A stretch of DNA of 63,779 nucleotides, the filler included, from Octopus bimaculoides (lineage: Eukaryota), in assembly GCF_001194135.2 (NCBI RefSeq). It is 5 parts of 4 records of this genome, joined end to end, with 100 filler letters (N's around TTAATTAATTAA, not from the genome) between each part and the next. Parts side by side here need not be neighbours in the genome. Positions count along the whole stretch, not along the records: positions 42,737 to 50,716 come from NC_068996.1; positions 50,817 to 63,779 come from NC_068994.1; 3 more parts are not named here. One strand, given 5' to 3'. The position numbers and the translations under genes are program-made. Within the stretch, counting starts at the first letter, position 1, and every line of letters starts with the position of its first letter. Positions 49,995-62,100 of the stretch are shown one piece after another. The notes beneath the pieces were generated by a model that searched no databases, was not told where the DNA came from, and was given only the letters and a program-made list of their open reading frames with translations.

Positions 49995-50651
49995 AAGAGA
50001 GAGATAGATACAAAATATAGCTATAGCTATAGTATGTATAAATTATATACATACATGCATAGAAGGATATATNNNNNNNNNNNNNNNNNNNNNNNNNNNN
50101 NNNNNNNNNNNNNNNNNNNNNNNNNNNNNNNNNTTTATTTATTTATAAATACAAAAACACACAGATATATATTTATACCTATATCCACACGTATGTGCGT
50201 TCTCCATTGTGTATATGTATGCCATGTTTATGTTTTAGTTTTGACCATTAATCAAAACGAAAGCAATGCCTAACTGTCATTTCTGTCTGCAGCCATTCAA
50301 AAGACAAGCGCTTTAAAGGGAGACGCCAAAAATGTGGTCGTCTTGGTATATAGTTATATAAATACACGTACATACATATATACATACACACATACTTACA
50401 TCCATACACGTGTGTGTGAGCGTGCGTGTATGCGTTTGCGCATAAAATTAAAGCTATTTTGGCTTGTGTAGATATAGAATATCTGATCGCATGCTCAGGA
50501 GAAAAAAAATGGCGTTTCTTTATCGGAAAATTAGTATACATGTTACTGACTTAATACTGTCCAGTCAAATCGAAGAGTTGCGCGGGCGCTCATACACGTA
50601 CACGCACCGTCAGAGGCGCGTGCATAGACACACACACACACACACACACAC

Positions 50652-50716
<65 letters not shown>

Positions 50717-50816
50717 NNNNNNNNNNNNNNNNNNNNNNNNNNNNNNNNNNNNNNNNNNNNTTAATTAATTAANNNNNNNNNNNNNNNNNNNNNNNNNNNN
50801 NNNNNNNNNNNNNNNN
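50717..50816. other. Artificial scaffold linker N44-TTAATTAATTAA-N44
   Basis: Same 100-bp format. Confidence 0.95.
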
Positions 50817-50853
<37 letters not shown>

Positions 50854-50960
50854 GATTATCTACATCCTGTTTATGATGTGTTTGTGAACTGGTAGCGGAG
50901 GATTAAAGTTTTCCAGCATTAAATTCCATGTTTCTTTCTTCAGCCTATTTGCTTTATGTT

Positions 50961-52400
50961 TTACTGTAAGCTAGTGACATCACCACGGTCCTTTATTTCT
51001 TGCGAGACATTTGTATCGCTAAAATAGCTAGAGAGAATGGCTACTTGTACAACGGAAGGTATGTCTGAGAGAACCATGATAAACAGTTGTGGCTCCAAGA
51101 TAGTTTCTTCTGACACTCCGCTCAGAATTAATATTTTTCTTAGAGAGAACACCATTCACTACAACTACTTGACTTCTACTACTTAAAAAGTCGCGTAGCC
51201 ATTCTCCCAGTTTTTCAAATATGCAAAAACTAAGCACTTTCTGACATATTCCATAATCGACTTTATCGAAAATCTTTGTAAAGTCGAAGTTATACCACAT
51301 CAACATCATAATGATGTTGACATCCTCTTCCTGGGAGGGAGCCCTGCTGCTAAATGTCAACAAGTCATTTATTTTCTAAGGACGTGATCCGTTTCCCTCT
51401 GGCAATTCATCCATGACTTTGCTGACATGTAATTTTTAGCGTATGTTCTACTTCTATTTTTATGAATAGGTCCTTGTTTCAACGCTTGAAGAAGTTTCTC
51501 ATTTGCAAGGAAGAATTGGAAAAGTACATTGAATGATTTAGCTAAAGCTTAATGTTGCTGGGAGGCCAATCTAGTATGTGGTTGAGTTTAAGCATATTTC
51601 ATCTACGGCTGGTATTACATCTCCTTCTTCTATTCCAATGTATTCGATAGTTGCTGCTTCCCTATGTAGAGCTGTAGTATCGAAGAACTCATTTGGGTTA
51701 TTTATTTGCATATGTCCCAACGAGACGCTAAAATCACTTTTGAATTGTTCATTAAGTATTTCATTTATGAAGTAGTTGTATGCTGTCAACTTAATGTGAC
51801 AGTCCCCTGAAGGGAATAATACTACTGTCGGCCTTGACACATTTCCTATGTCCTTATGTCATTTATATTTTTTAGTCTGCAGTCAGTTAGTTATCTCCTT
51901 TAAACAGTGGCCTTATTTGGCAATGTATTTAGGCTGATTCGTTAATAAATTTTTAGAAAGCTTTAAGGATCATTTATATATTTTCTTTAGGTTTTGTGAA
52001 AGTGTTTGGTCTTGTTTCTTATTTCAAGGAATGCTTTTTATAGCAAGAGTTCTTCGCTGTCTTCGATTTTTTCCATTTAAGCAACATGTGATTGTACTAC
52101 TTCATCTCATAAGATATTTTTCTTTCTCTGGAAATTGTATTTTTGTGTAAATTGGCTTTCTTGGAATAAATGAATACATATGTTTTGCTTTATCAACGTA
52201 AACGACTGAAGTTTAATGCGATTATCAGTTCTGTTTCAAGATCTCTTTTTGGATCGATTTCCGATTTACTTCGTATTAACGTCCATGCAAGATAGATTTC
52301 GAGTGCTTCTTGTAGGGTGCATATCTACGGTTTGAAATTCTGCTTATATTGTGGGCCTGAGAAAATTATCAGCATGACCTTCATATTATGGATGACTTCC
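50961..52400 (-). mobile_element. CR1-group LINE RT relic
   Basis: ILNEQFKSDF, DFTKIFDKVD, LGEWLRDFLSSRSQVVVVNG, SGVSEETILEPQLF and a degenerate YADD (YFSD). Confidence 0.8.
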
Positions 52401-52532
52401 GTCTTATTTCCTGAAGCGAAGATCTAAAATGTTGTTACCGCTAGTTGAAGTATTATTTGTTTCATTGAACACTATATCAGAAATGTCTAGAAAATATACT
52501 TCTCGATTTGTTTATGCAGTGATATTCTCAAA

Positions 52533-52606
<74 letters not shown>

Positions 52607-52855
52607 GTATATGTATACACCTATGTATATATATGTACACATTATACACACATACGTATATACTAATATATTGATATTGATACATGTATGTATATGCGTC
52701 TGCGTGAGCGCGCGTGCGCAAGCACATTTATATTAATGTTCTGTAGTGAAACAGGATATGTAGGGTTGTGAAACAGGTTATGCTGGACCTTATAATAAAT
52801 AATACTCATGATGAAATTTATGTTATGGGGTTATATGTGTGTGTGTTCTATGTGA

Positions 52856-52908
<53 letters not shown>

Positions 52909-53356
52909 CACACACATGCATATATATGTGTATATGTGTGTGTGTATGTATGTATGTATATATTTGTATATATATAAATGTATATGTGTGTGTGTGCGTG
53001 ATATGATGACAAAAAGCTTAAAAATAAGAGTATTGGTGACGTCTTTTGGTTGCTCACCTACAATTATATATTGAATTCAATACATAATTACACACGTATA
53101 CGCACACACACGTACACACATTCACACACACATTCACACACACATTCACACGCATTCATACATGCATACATACATACATACACACATACAAAGACACTTA
53201 TGCTCATGTTAGCGTGAAGTGGAGGGGTGAATGGAATGGGCGGTGTTTATAAGACCAGTTTTATGCTGAGTTGCAAAACAGGAAATAGGCAAACGTAATA
53301 TACTCACGTATATATATACATACATATATATATATATATATATGTGTGTGTGCATG

Positions 53357-53405
<49 letters not shown>

Positions 53406-53744
53406 NNNNNNNNNNNNNNNNNNNNNNNNNNNNNNNNNNNNNNNNNNNNNNNNNNNNNNNNNNNNNNNNNNNNNNNNNNNNNNNNNNNNNNNNNNNNNNN
53501 NNNNNNNNNNNNNNNNNNNNNNNNNNNNNNNNNNNNNNNNNNNNNNNNNNNNNNNNNNNNNNNNNNNNNNNNNNNNNNNNNNNNNNNNNNNNNNNNNNNN
53601 NNNNNNNNNNNNNNNNNNNNNNNNNNNNNNNNNNNNNNNNNNNNNNNNNNNNNNNNNNNNNNNNNNNNNNNNNNNNNNNNNNNNNNNNNNNNNNNNNNNN
53701 NNNNNNNNNNNNNNNNNNNNNNNNNNNNNNNNNNNNNNNNNNNN

Positions 53745-54352
53745 TTACTGCCCACAAGGGGTTACACACAGAGGGGACAAACAAGGACAGAAAAACGGAT
53801 TAAGTCGATTATATCGACCCCAGTGCGTAACTGGTACTTAATTTATTGACCCCGAAAGGATGAAAGGCAAAGTCGACCTCGGCGGGATTCGAACTCAGAA
53901 CGCAGTGGCAGACGAAATACCGCCAAGCATTTCGCCGGGCGTGCTAACGATTCTGCCAGCTTGCTGCCTTTTAATAGTAATCCTTTCTACTAAAGGTACA
54001 AGGCCTGAAATTTTGCGGGAGGGGACAAGTCGAGTACATCAACCCAAGCGTTTCACTGGTATTTAATTTATCGACCCCGAAGGGATGAAAGGCAAAGTCG
54101 ACCTTGGCGGGATTTGAACGTAGAACGTAAAGACGGGAAAAATATTGCTAAGCATTTCGCCCAGCGTGCTAACGATTCACCCTGGGTTTCTAGTTTTGGG
54201 TCAAGTCCAAGAATTTCGGTTAAAAGGCTAAGTCGATCACATCGACCCTAGTGCTCAAATAGTATTTATTTTGTCGACCGCGAAGGCATAACAGACAAAG
54301 TCGACGTCGGCGGAATTTGAACTCAGAACGTAAAGACGGATGAACTGCCGCT
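53745..54352 (-). mobile_element. Three head-to-tail family D SINEs
   Basis: GATGAAAGGCAAAGTCGAC..GAACTCAGAACG repeated at ~53860, ~54085 and ~54290. Confidence 0.8.
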
Positions 54353-54357
54353 AAAAC

Positions 54358-54950
54358 AAATGGCAACATGCTAGGGTCTACCACTGCAAGAGATATTAGT
54401 GTGATTCATAATTTCTTTGTGGATGACCTTAAGATTTCTGCTAAAAATGTTAACAATGCCAAAAAACAACTGGAATTAAAAACAACATTTTCAGTTGGCA
54501 TATGAATATTACACCAGACTAAGAAAAATATGGCAGTCCAAACTCTCTTCTTACAACAAGATCCCACAATGCATTTGCTGTAACTGTTGATTCCAACATA
54601 TGGAAGGATACTTGACTGGTTTGTAGAAGAAATCCACTCCATGAACATTAAAACCCGCAAGATTCTAACATCAACTGGAAATTTCCACAAAAATAGTGAT
54701 ATTGATAGGCTCTACCTAAGAAGAGATAAATGAGGTAGGGGCTTGAGATCAGTGCAGGTAACCTTTGATTGTTGCATAGTCTCTCTCAGACAGCGCTTTT
54801 GCACAAGAGCAAAAAAAACAAAAAAACATTAATTTAGTGCTGAAAAGTGAAGTAAACGATATTATACGTGCTGGAAGTGAGCTCCTCAGGAAGTACTCTT
54901 TTCCTGACAGGACCGGATTTACATATAAGCTAAACAAGCTATAGCTTAAG
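54358..54950 (+). mobile_element. R4/NeSL-type non-LTR RT relic with internal deletion
   Basis: HNFFVDDLK, AKKQLE, YYTRLRKIWQSKLS, KTRKILT..FH..SDIDRLYL..GRGL. Confidence 0.8.
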
Positions 54951-56366
54951 GCCCCCACTTTCTTGGGGCCTTGAAAAAATTGGGGGAAAAAAACGGTGTG
55001 TACTGTACACAGTATACATTTTCAAAATATAAGATAAAAAAAGAACTAAATGCAATAGTTTTAAACTGCTATAGTTTTGCAGACGATGTATTTTGCTTAT
55101 ACTTCCTGCCAGTGTTGATGATTTTATGAATTACATCATGTCCGTAGTTTCAACATTATTATTCATCATCCGTGGACCATCAGAGATAGTACATTGCTAA
55201 CATTGTTGATGTGTCGGTATTATATTAACATCGATTGTGTACCCGTCTGCGTGATACAACGGCAGCTCCGGGTAACACTGTGCCGTTTCCGTATACATCT
55301 ACAACTCTGGGTATTTACATATTCAATTATTGTTACAATACTTTATTGACTACACAAATACAATAATACTTCCATATTGATTGTCATCCAACGTGATAGT
55401 TTCAGTTGTATTGTCGTACATAGAAGCCAAGACAATGCTTGTAGGAGACAGGCAGCTACAATTACAAATTTTTTTGTTTGTTTTTTATGAGTATGATACG
55501 CCGGGATAATGGCACTTCAGCACCGCTGGAAAAAGTGTTCAGCCATCGATGGGGTCTATGTTGAAAAATAAATCATCAGAAGTCTTGAACCATGTTTTTT
55601 TTTTTTTTGAGGCTCAAGACTTTTCATACACCCTCGTATGTATGTATAGTATATGTACACTATGCACGCCAAGCACGTCGATTTGTACTTTTATTCTCTT
55701 CCTCCCTCCCTCTCTCTTTAATAATCACTAGTATGAATTTCGTAAAGCTAGATCTACTAAGGACCTACTCCTATCTCACTCACTCGTCTCTTTCTTTCTC
55801 TCATCGTTCATATTTGTCAACCCTCCCCGTACACACTAACCATTATACCAAATTCTTCTTTCCTTTCTTCTCAGAGAGTCGATCATCTAGAATTCCATTC
55901 CAAGCCCATCCTTTTCCTGCAGACATCAGCTTGCCACTGTTTTAGAGCAACACTGACTACAGCAATTTCACTGGTTTCGGGGACGTTTGAGAAGGCCGTA
56001 GACTTAACCTCTTCTCCCAGACCAGTTCAATAGAATATATAATTATATAATTGTGTGCTCATTAATCGGATTATTTACCGGAAGATTTCGTGCAGTCGAC
56101 TAACGTCGACCGTATTCGTTGTTAAGATCTAAAATATTTTTCAGCTATGAGAAAATAATCCGGTTTTCTCGACAGACAATTACAACAGATTGAGACACAC
56201 TTGTGGCAGGTGTGCATTGAGCACTTAACGTTTTTCACACGAAAATACAGACAAATACGATCTTTCGTGCGAAGTGCAAACGCCAAGAAACTCTGACAAG
56301 ATGCAATGAATCATCAGCGTGCCACCGCTCTCCTACCTTCTTTGTGCACACCTACGTGACGTATTC

Positions 56367-56397
<31 letters not shown>

Positions 56398-56469
56398 TCC
56401 CTCTCTCCCTCTCTCTCACCCTCTCTCCCTCTCTCTCACCTTCCACAAACTCGTCTTTCCACTGAAAAA

Positions 56470-57240
56470 TTAACTCATCTGCAACGTCTGAATTGCACTT
56501 TATGACTCCACAACTGCACCAATCTTCCCCGCACCACCTCTCCTCATCTTCATAAAAGACAGGAGCCTCAGAAACCTTCTTGTAAGAAACTCAACAGCAC
56601 CCAACCCTCACACAGCCAGGTACTTTAAAGTGCCCTCGCCGTCAATACAACACCTGTCCCTAAATTGGTTTCAGCGGAATTTGAACTCAGAACGTAAAGG
56701 CGGACGAAATACCGCTGAGCATTTTACCCGGCGTGCTCGGATTCTACCAATTTGCCGCTTAACCTGTCCCTAAATTATCAACACCACAACCATTACTGGA
56801 TCTAAGTCACAATATCACATTGCCCAGAACTTCTGTTGCACGTCGTCCAACCTTATATTATTGCATCATATGCAAACTCTGAGACGCTCATCGTACGGAG
56901 GAACTATCCGGCATCTTGCGACATCAAACACACACGCGCGTGTGCGTGAGCGGCCTCCTCAGTCTTCCTATTCTGTCATTACAACAAATTTTACTACAGC
57001 TTTTATTCCTCGGAGCTAGCTAATTGCTCACATTTCCAGTCGCGGTAACGTGACATAATGTTCTTTTTCCTCTTCTTATACCTCACTCACACACGCGCGC
57101 GCGTACACACACACACATACACACTTGCACGAGCTTGGCTCTGACCACTACATCTAATATTTCTCCTTGTTAACCCAACCCTCCGGAATTCTCTCCTCGC
57201 TAATGCTTCCCACTCGCGTCGACTTACATGTGCTGAAACT
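56470..57240 (+). mobile_element. Penelope/Poseidon-type PLE 3' relic (linker zinc finger and GIY-YIG start)
   Basis: PPLLIF..RSLRNLLVR, GTLKCPRR..NTCP, TITGSK, FCCTSSNL. Confidence 0.7.
56667..56761 (-). mobile_element. Head-only (3'-truncated) family D SINE with 15-bp TSD
   Basis: ACCTGTCCCTAAATT at 56652-56666 and 56762-56776 flanks only the tRNA-like 95 bp. Confidence 0.85.
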
Positions 57241-58476
57241 GAACATCAGGTTTATTAATCCCACAGATCTTGGAGAGACTGCGAAGGCCACATTTATTAC
57301 ATTGTTCTCTATTTACGTACACAATCATACCGAAAGTTTCTGATATATATATATATATATATATATANNNNNNNNNNNNNNNNNNNNNNNNNNNNNNNNN
57401 NNNNNNNNNNNNNNNNNNNNNNNNNNNNNNNNNNNNNNNNNNNNNNNNNNNNNNNNNNNNNNNNNNNNNNNNNNNNNNNNNNNNNNNNNNNNNNNNNNNN
57501 NNNNNNNNNNNNNNNNNNNNNNNNNNNNNNNNNNNNNNNNNNNNNNNNNNNNNNNNNNNNNNNNNNNNNNNNNNNNNNNNNNNNNNNNNNNNNNNNNNNN
57601 NNNNNNNNNNNNNNNNNNNNNNNNNNNNNNNNNNNNNNNNNNNNNNNNNNNNNNNNNNNNNNNNNNNNNNNNNNNNNNNNNNNNNNNNNNNNNNNNNNNN
57701 NNNNNNNNNNNNNNNNNNNNNNNNNNNNNNNNNNNNNNNNNNNNNNNNNNNNNNNNNNNNNNNNNNNNNNNNNNNNNNNNNNNNNNNNNNNNNNNNNNNN
57801 NNNNNNNNNNNNNNNNNNNNNNNNNNNNNNTATATATATATATATATGGTGATTACTACTTCTTTACAGAAGACTGCCATTTAGTAAATACCATCATAAG
57901 ATCTCATATACCTAGTAAGCCTGGCTTTGGTGAAACAGACCCTAGTGCAAATGTTAAAAACATATTCAGGTTGATAAGTTTCTGGGATTGAGTTCGGGTC
58001 TTATTTACGAAGTGCCCGTTTCAACTTTAGTGTATCTGAAGGTTTCATGTCCCTCATACTCATTAACGAGCGCTTTGCCGTCGAGACTAGCTTTAAGAAT
58101 GAGAGAAATATTAAAACGAAAGAAACATTAAAAAGTTTGATTTCAAATAGCTCAAAGTCGAATCAGCAACTCCAAAACAGCTATACCAAAACATGCATGC
58201 ATTGTCCCTTCGTGTCCAGATTTTATTTTTCTGTTTTATCTGGTCGTATGAGACGGTGGATTAAGAGGAGCGGTGATATCTTTAACATTTACGGCCTTCA
58301 CAGATTGTTGATATGAAATTAAGTTTTTAAGTTTCAGATATGAGAACTAAGTTAAGTAGTTCTCTGTGGAATCGAATCAGCAACGTAGACTCCGACTGCC
58401 AAAAGATACTTGCATGGAATTTACACTAAGTATTTGAATTCGAGACATTATGCTAGTTAAAGAATATCCCCATATA

Positions 58477-59135
58477 CAGACTGTCCTCATTTAACGACCG
58501 AGTTACGTTCCAGCAGCCCCGTCGTTAAGCAAATTCGTCGTCAAACGAATATTCATAGGGTAAGTATTCTTTTTTCTTTTTATAGGTATAGTGTACAGTA
58601 CGTACATATAAAAACAGAAAACCGTACTGCATAAAGTATATGGAGTACAGGGCCAAGAATCACTAACATAAATTGTTGAAAATGAATGAGTAACAGTAAG
58701 ATTATCACAAGGAAAACCTTAAAAGTTAGGTTATGGATACTGTATTATTGTAGCTCAGACATTGTAAGTATGTTTGTGATTCCAGGCCCAGTACATAAGA
58801 TGCCTAATAAACTTTTCTCAGGATTATATAGAAAAGGTGAAAAGGTTTAAAGGAAACTCAAGCATAATAACCTTGTTTTACTTTCGATAAAGATGACAAA
58901 AGCAAATCATTCTTGATATGAATATGCATGAAAAATCCCATCAGTGTTGTTTGCTTTGTTATCTTCTTTTTTTCGTCATAAATTTTTCGTTAACATTGGA
59001 GAAGTTCAGTTGTCTGCCTTTCCACCTTAGAAAAGCGAACAAAATTTGGATCCATTGCCTCAAGTTCTAGCATACCAGAATTAATTTCGAGAAAACACAC
59101 GCTAATCCCTTGACGGTGAACTTCTTTTGTATTTC
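58477..59135 (-). mobile_element. Tigger/pogo-like DNA transposon 3' portion
   Basis: TA + CAGACTGTCCTCATTTAACGACC TIR-like end; minus strand LEAMDPNFVRFSKVER..IYDEKRR matches the Tigger-type transposase C-terminus as I recall it. Confidence 0.7.
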
Positions 59136-59139
59136 TTCT

Positions 59140-62100
59140 GTTCGTTCGTTCGTTCGTTCATACGTACGTACGTAAGTTCGTTCGTTCGTACGTACAGACA
59201 TTCGTTCGTTTGTTCGTAAGTATGTACTTAAGTACGTTCCTACGTACGTTCGTTCGATCGTTCGTTCGTACGTACGTACGTCCGTTACTGCGTTCGTTCG
59301 TACGTACGTACGTTCGTTCGTTTGTTCGAAAGTATGTACTTACGTACGTACGCTCGTTCGATCGTTCGTTCGTCCGTCCGTACGTACATAAGAACGTTCG
59401 TTCGTTCGTACTTAGGTACGTTCGTTCATTCGTTCGATCGTTCCTGCGTACATATGTACATACGTACGTACGTTCGTTCGTTCGTTCGTAGGTTCGTTCG
59501 TTCGTTCGTTCGTTTTTGCGTGCGTGCGAGTGTTCGTCAGTTGATTCGTCCGTTAGTTCGTTCGTTCGTTCGTTCGTTAGTTCGTTCGTTCGAACGTACG
59601 TTCGTTTATTCGTTCTTACGTACGTACGTTCGTTCATTAGTTCGTTCGTTCGATCATTCGTTCATATTTACAGACGTACGTACGTTCGTTTGTTCGTCCG
59701 TATGTTCTTTCGTTCCTTCGTTCGCTCGTACGTACGTACGTTCCTTCATTCGTAATTACGTTCGTTCGTTCGTTAGTTCGTTCGTTCGTTCATTCGTACG
59801 TACGTTCGTCCGTTCGTACGTCCGTTCGTACGTCCGTTCGTTCGTGCGTTCGTTTGTACGTACGTTCATTCGTTCGTACGTATTACATAAGAACATTCGT
59901 TCGATCGGTCGTTCGTACGTATGTACGTACGTTCGTTCGTTCATTCGTACGTACGTTCGTTCGTTAGTTAGTTCGTTCCTTCGGTCGTTCGTTCGTACTT
60001 TCGTTAGTTCGTATGTACGTTTGTACGTACGTTCGTTCGTTCGTTCGTTCGTACGTTCGTTCGTTCGTATGTACGTTCGTGCGTACGTTCGTTAGTTCGT
60101 ACGTACGTACGTTCGTTCGTTCGATCGTTCGTTCGTCAGTCCGAGCGTTCGTTCGTTCGTTCGTTCGTACGTACGTTCGATCGTTCGATCATCAGTCCGA
60201 GCGTTCGTTCGTTCGTTCGTTCGTACGTACGTACATACATTCTTTCGTTNNNNNNNNNNNNNNNNNNNNNNNNNNNNNNNNNNNNNNNNNNNNNNNNNNN
60301 NNNNNNNNNNNNNNNNNNNNNNNNNNNNNNNNNNNNNNNNNNNNNNNNNNNNNNNNNNNNNNNNNNNNNNNNNNNNNNNNNNNNNNNNNNNNNNNNNNNN
60401 NNNNNNNNNNNNNNNNNNNNNNNNNNNNNNNNNNNNNNNNNNNNNNNNNNNNNNNNNNNNNNNNNNNNNNNNNNNNNNNNNNNNNNNNNNNNNNNNNNNN
60501 NNNNNNNNNNNNNNNNNNNNNNNNNNNNNNNNNNNNNNNNNNNNNNNNNNNNNNNNNNNNNNNNNNNNNNNNNNNNNNNNNNNNNNNNNNNNNNNNNNNN
60601 NNNNNNNNNNNNNNNNNNNNNNNNNNNNNNNNNNNNNNNNNNNNNNNNNNNNNNNNNNNNNNNNNNNNNNNNNNNNNNNNNNNNNNNNNNNNNNNNNNNN
60701 NNNNNNNNNNNNNNNTCGTTCGTTCATTAATTTGTTTGTTCGTTCGTTCGTTCGTTCGCTCGTACGTACGTTCGTTCGTTTGTTCATTCGTTCGTTCGTA
60801 CGTACGTACGTTTGTTCAATCGTTCGTTCGTACGTAGGTTCGTTCGTTCGTTCATGCGTGCGTACGTTCGTCCGTTCGTTCGTACGTACGTACGTTCGTT
60901 CGTTCCTTCGTACGTAAGTTCGTTCGTTCTTTCGTACGTACGTACATTCGTTCGTTCGTTCGTTCGTTCGTACATTCGGTCGTTCGATCCTTCGTTCGTT
61001 CGTATGTTCGTTCGTTCGTATGTTCGTTTGATTCGTTCGTTCGTTAGTTCGTTGGTTTGTTCGTTCGTTTGTTCGAACGTACGTTCGTTTGTTTGTTCTT
61101 ACGTACGTTCGTTCCATCATTCGTTCGTTCTTTCATTCGTTCATACTTACATACGTACGTTCGTTCGTTCTTTCGTTCATTAATTTGTTCGTTCGTACGT
61201 TCGTTCGTTCGTTCGCTCGTACATACGTACGTACGTTCGTTCGTTCGTTCATTCGCTCGGTCGTTCGTACATATGTTCGTTCATTCGTTCGTATGTACGT
61301 TCGTTCGTTCNNNNNNNNNNNNNNNNNNNNNNNNNNNNNNNNNNNNNNNNNNNNNNNNNNNNNNNNNNNNNNNNNNNNNNNNNNNNNNNNNNNNNNNNNN
61401 NNNNNNNNNNGTTCGTACGTAAGTTCGTTCGTTCTTTCGTTCGTACGTACATTCGTTCGTACGTACATTCGTTCGTCGTTCGTTCGTAAGTTCGTTCATT
61501 CCTTCGTTCACTCGTTCGTTTTTGCGTGCGTACGAGTGTTCGTCAGTTGATTCGTTCGTTCGTTAGTTCGTTGGTTCGTTCGTTCGTTCGTTCGAATGTA
61601 CGTTCATTCGTTCGTACGTTCGTTCGTTCATTCGTTCGTTCGTTCGCTCGTACATAGGTACGTACGTTCGTTCGTTCGTACGTACGTTCGTTCGTTCGTT
61701 CATTCGTTCGTTCGTTCGTACATATGTTCGTTCATTCGTTCGTATGTACGTTCGTTCGTTCGTTCATTCGTTCATTCGTTCGTACGTATGTTTGTTCGTT
61801 CGTTCGTTCGTACGTACGTTCATTCGTTCGTATGTACGTTCATTCGTTCGTACGTAGCACATACGTACATTCGTTCGATCGTTCGTTCGCACGCACATAC
61901 GTACGTTCGTTCATTCATTCCGTTCGTTCGTTCTTTCGTTCATTAATTTGTTCGTTCGTACGTTCGTTCGTTCGTACGTTCGTTCGTTCGTTCGTTCGTT
62001 CGTTGGCTCGTACATACGTACGTACGTTCGTTCGTTCGTACGTACGTTCGTTCGTTCGTTCATTCGCTCGTTCTTTCGTACATATGTTCGTTCATTGGTT

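Noticed and set aside
55100-55560. Moderately GC-rich unique segment examined in six frames
   Set aside because: Stops in all frames and no recognisable motif.
19215-56761. tRNA-like A/B boxes as tRNA genes
   Set aside because: All are SINE heads followed by SINE cores; none has a full cloverleaf with a terminator.
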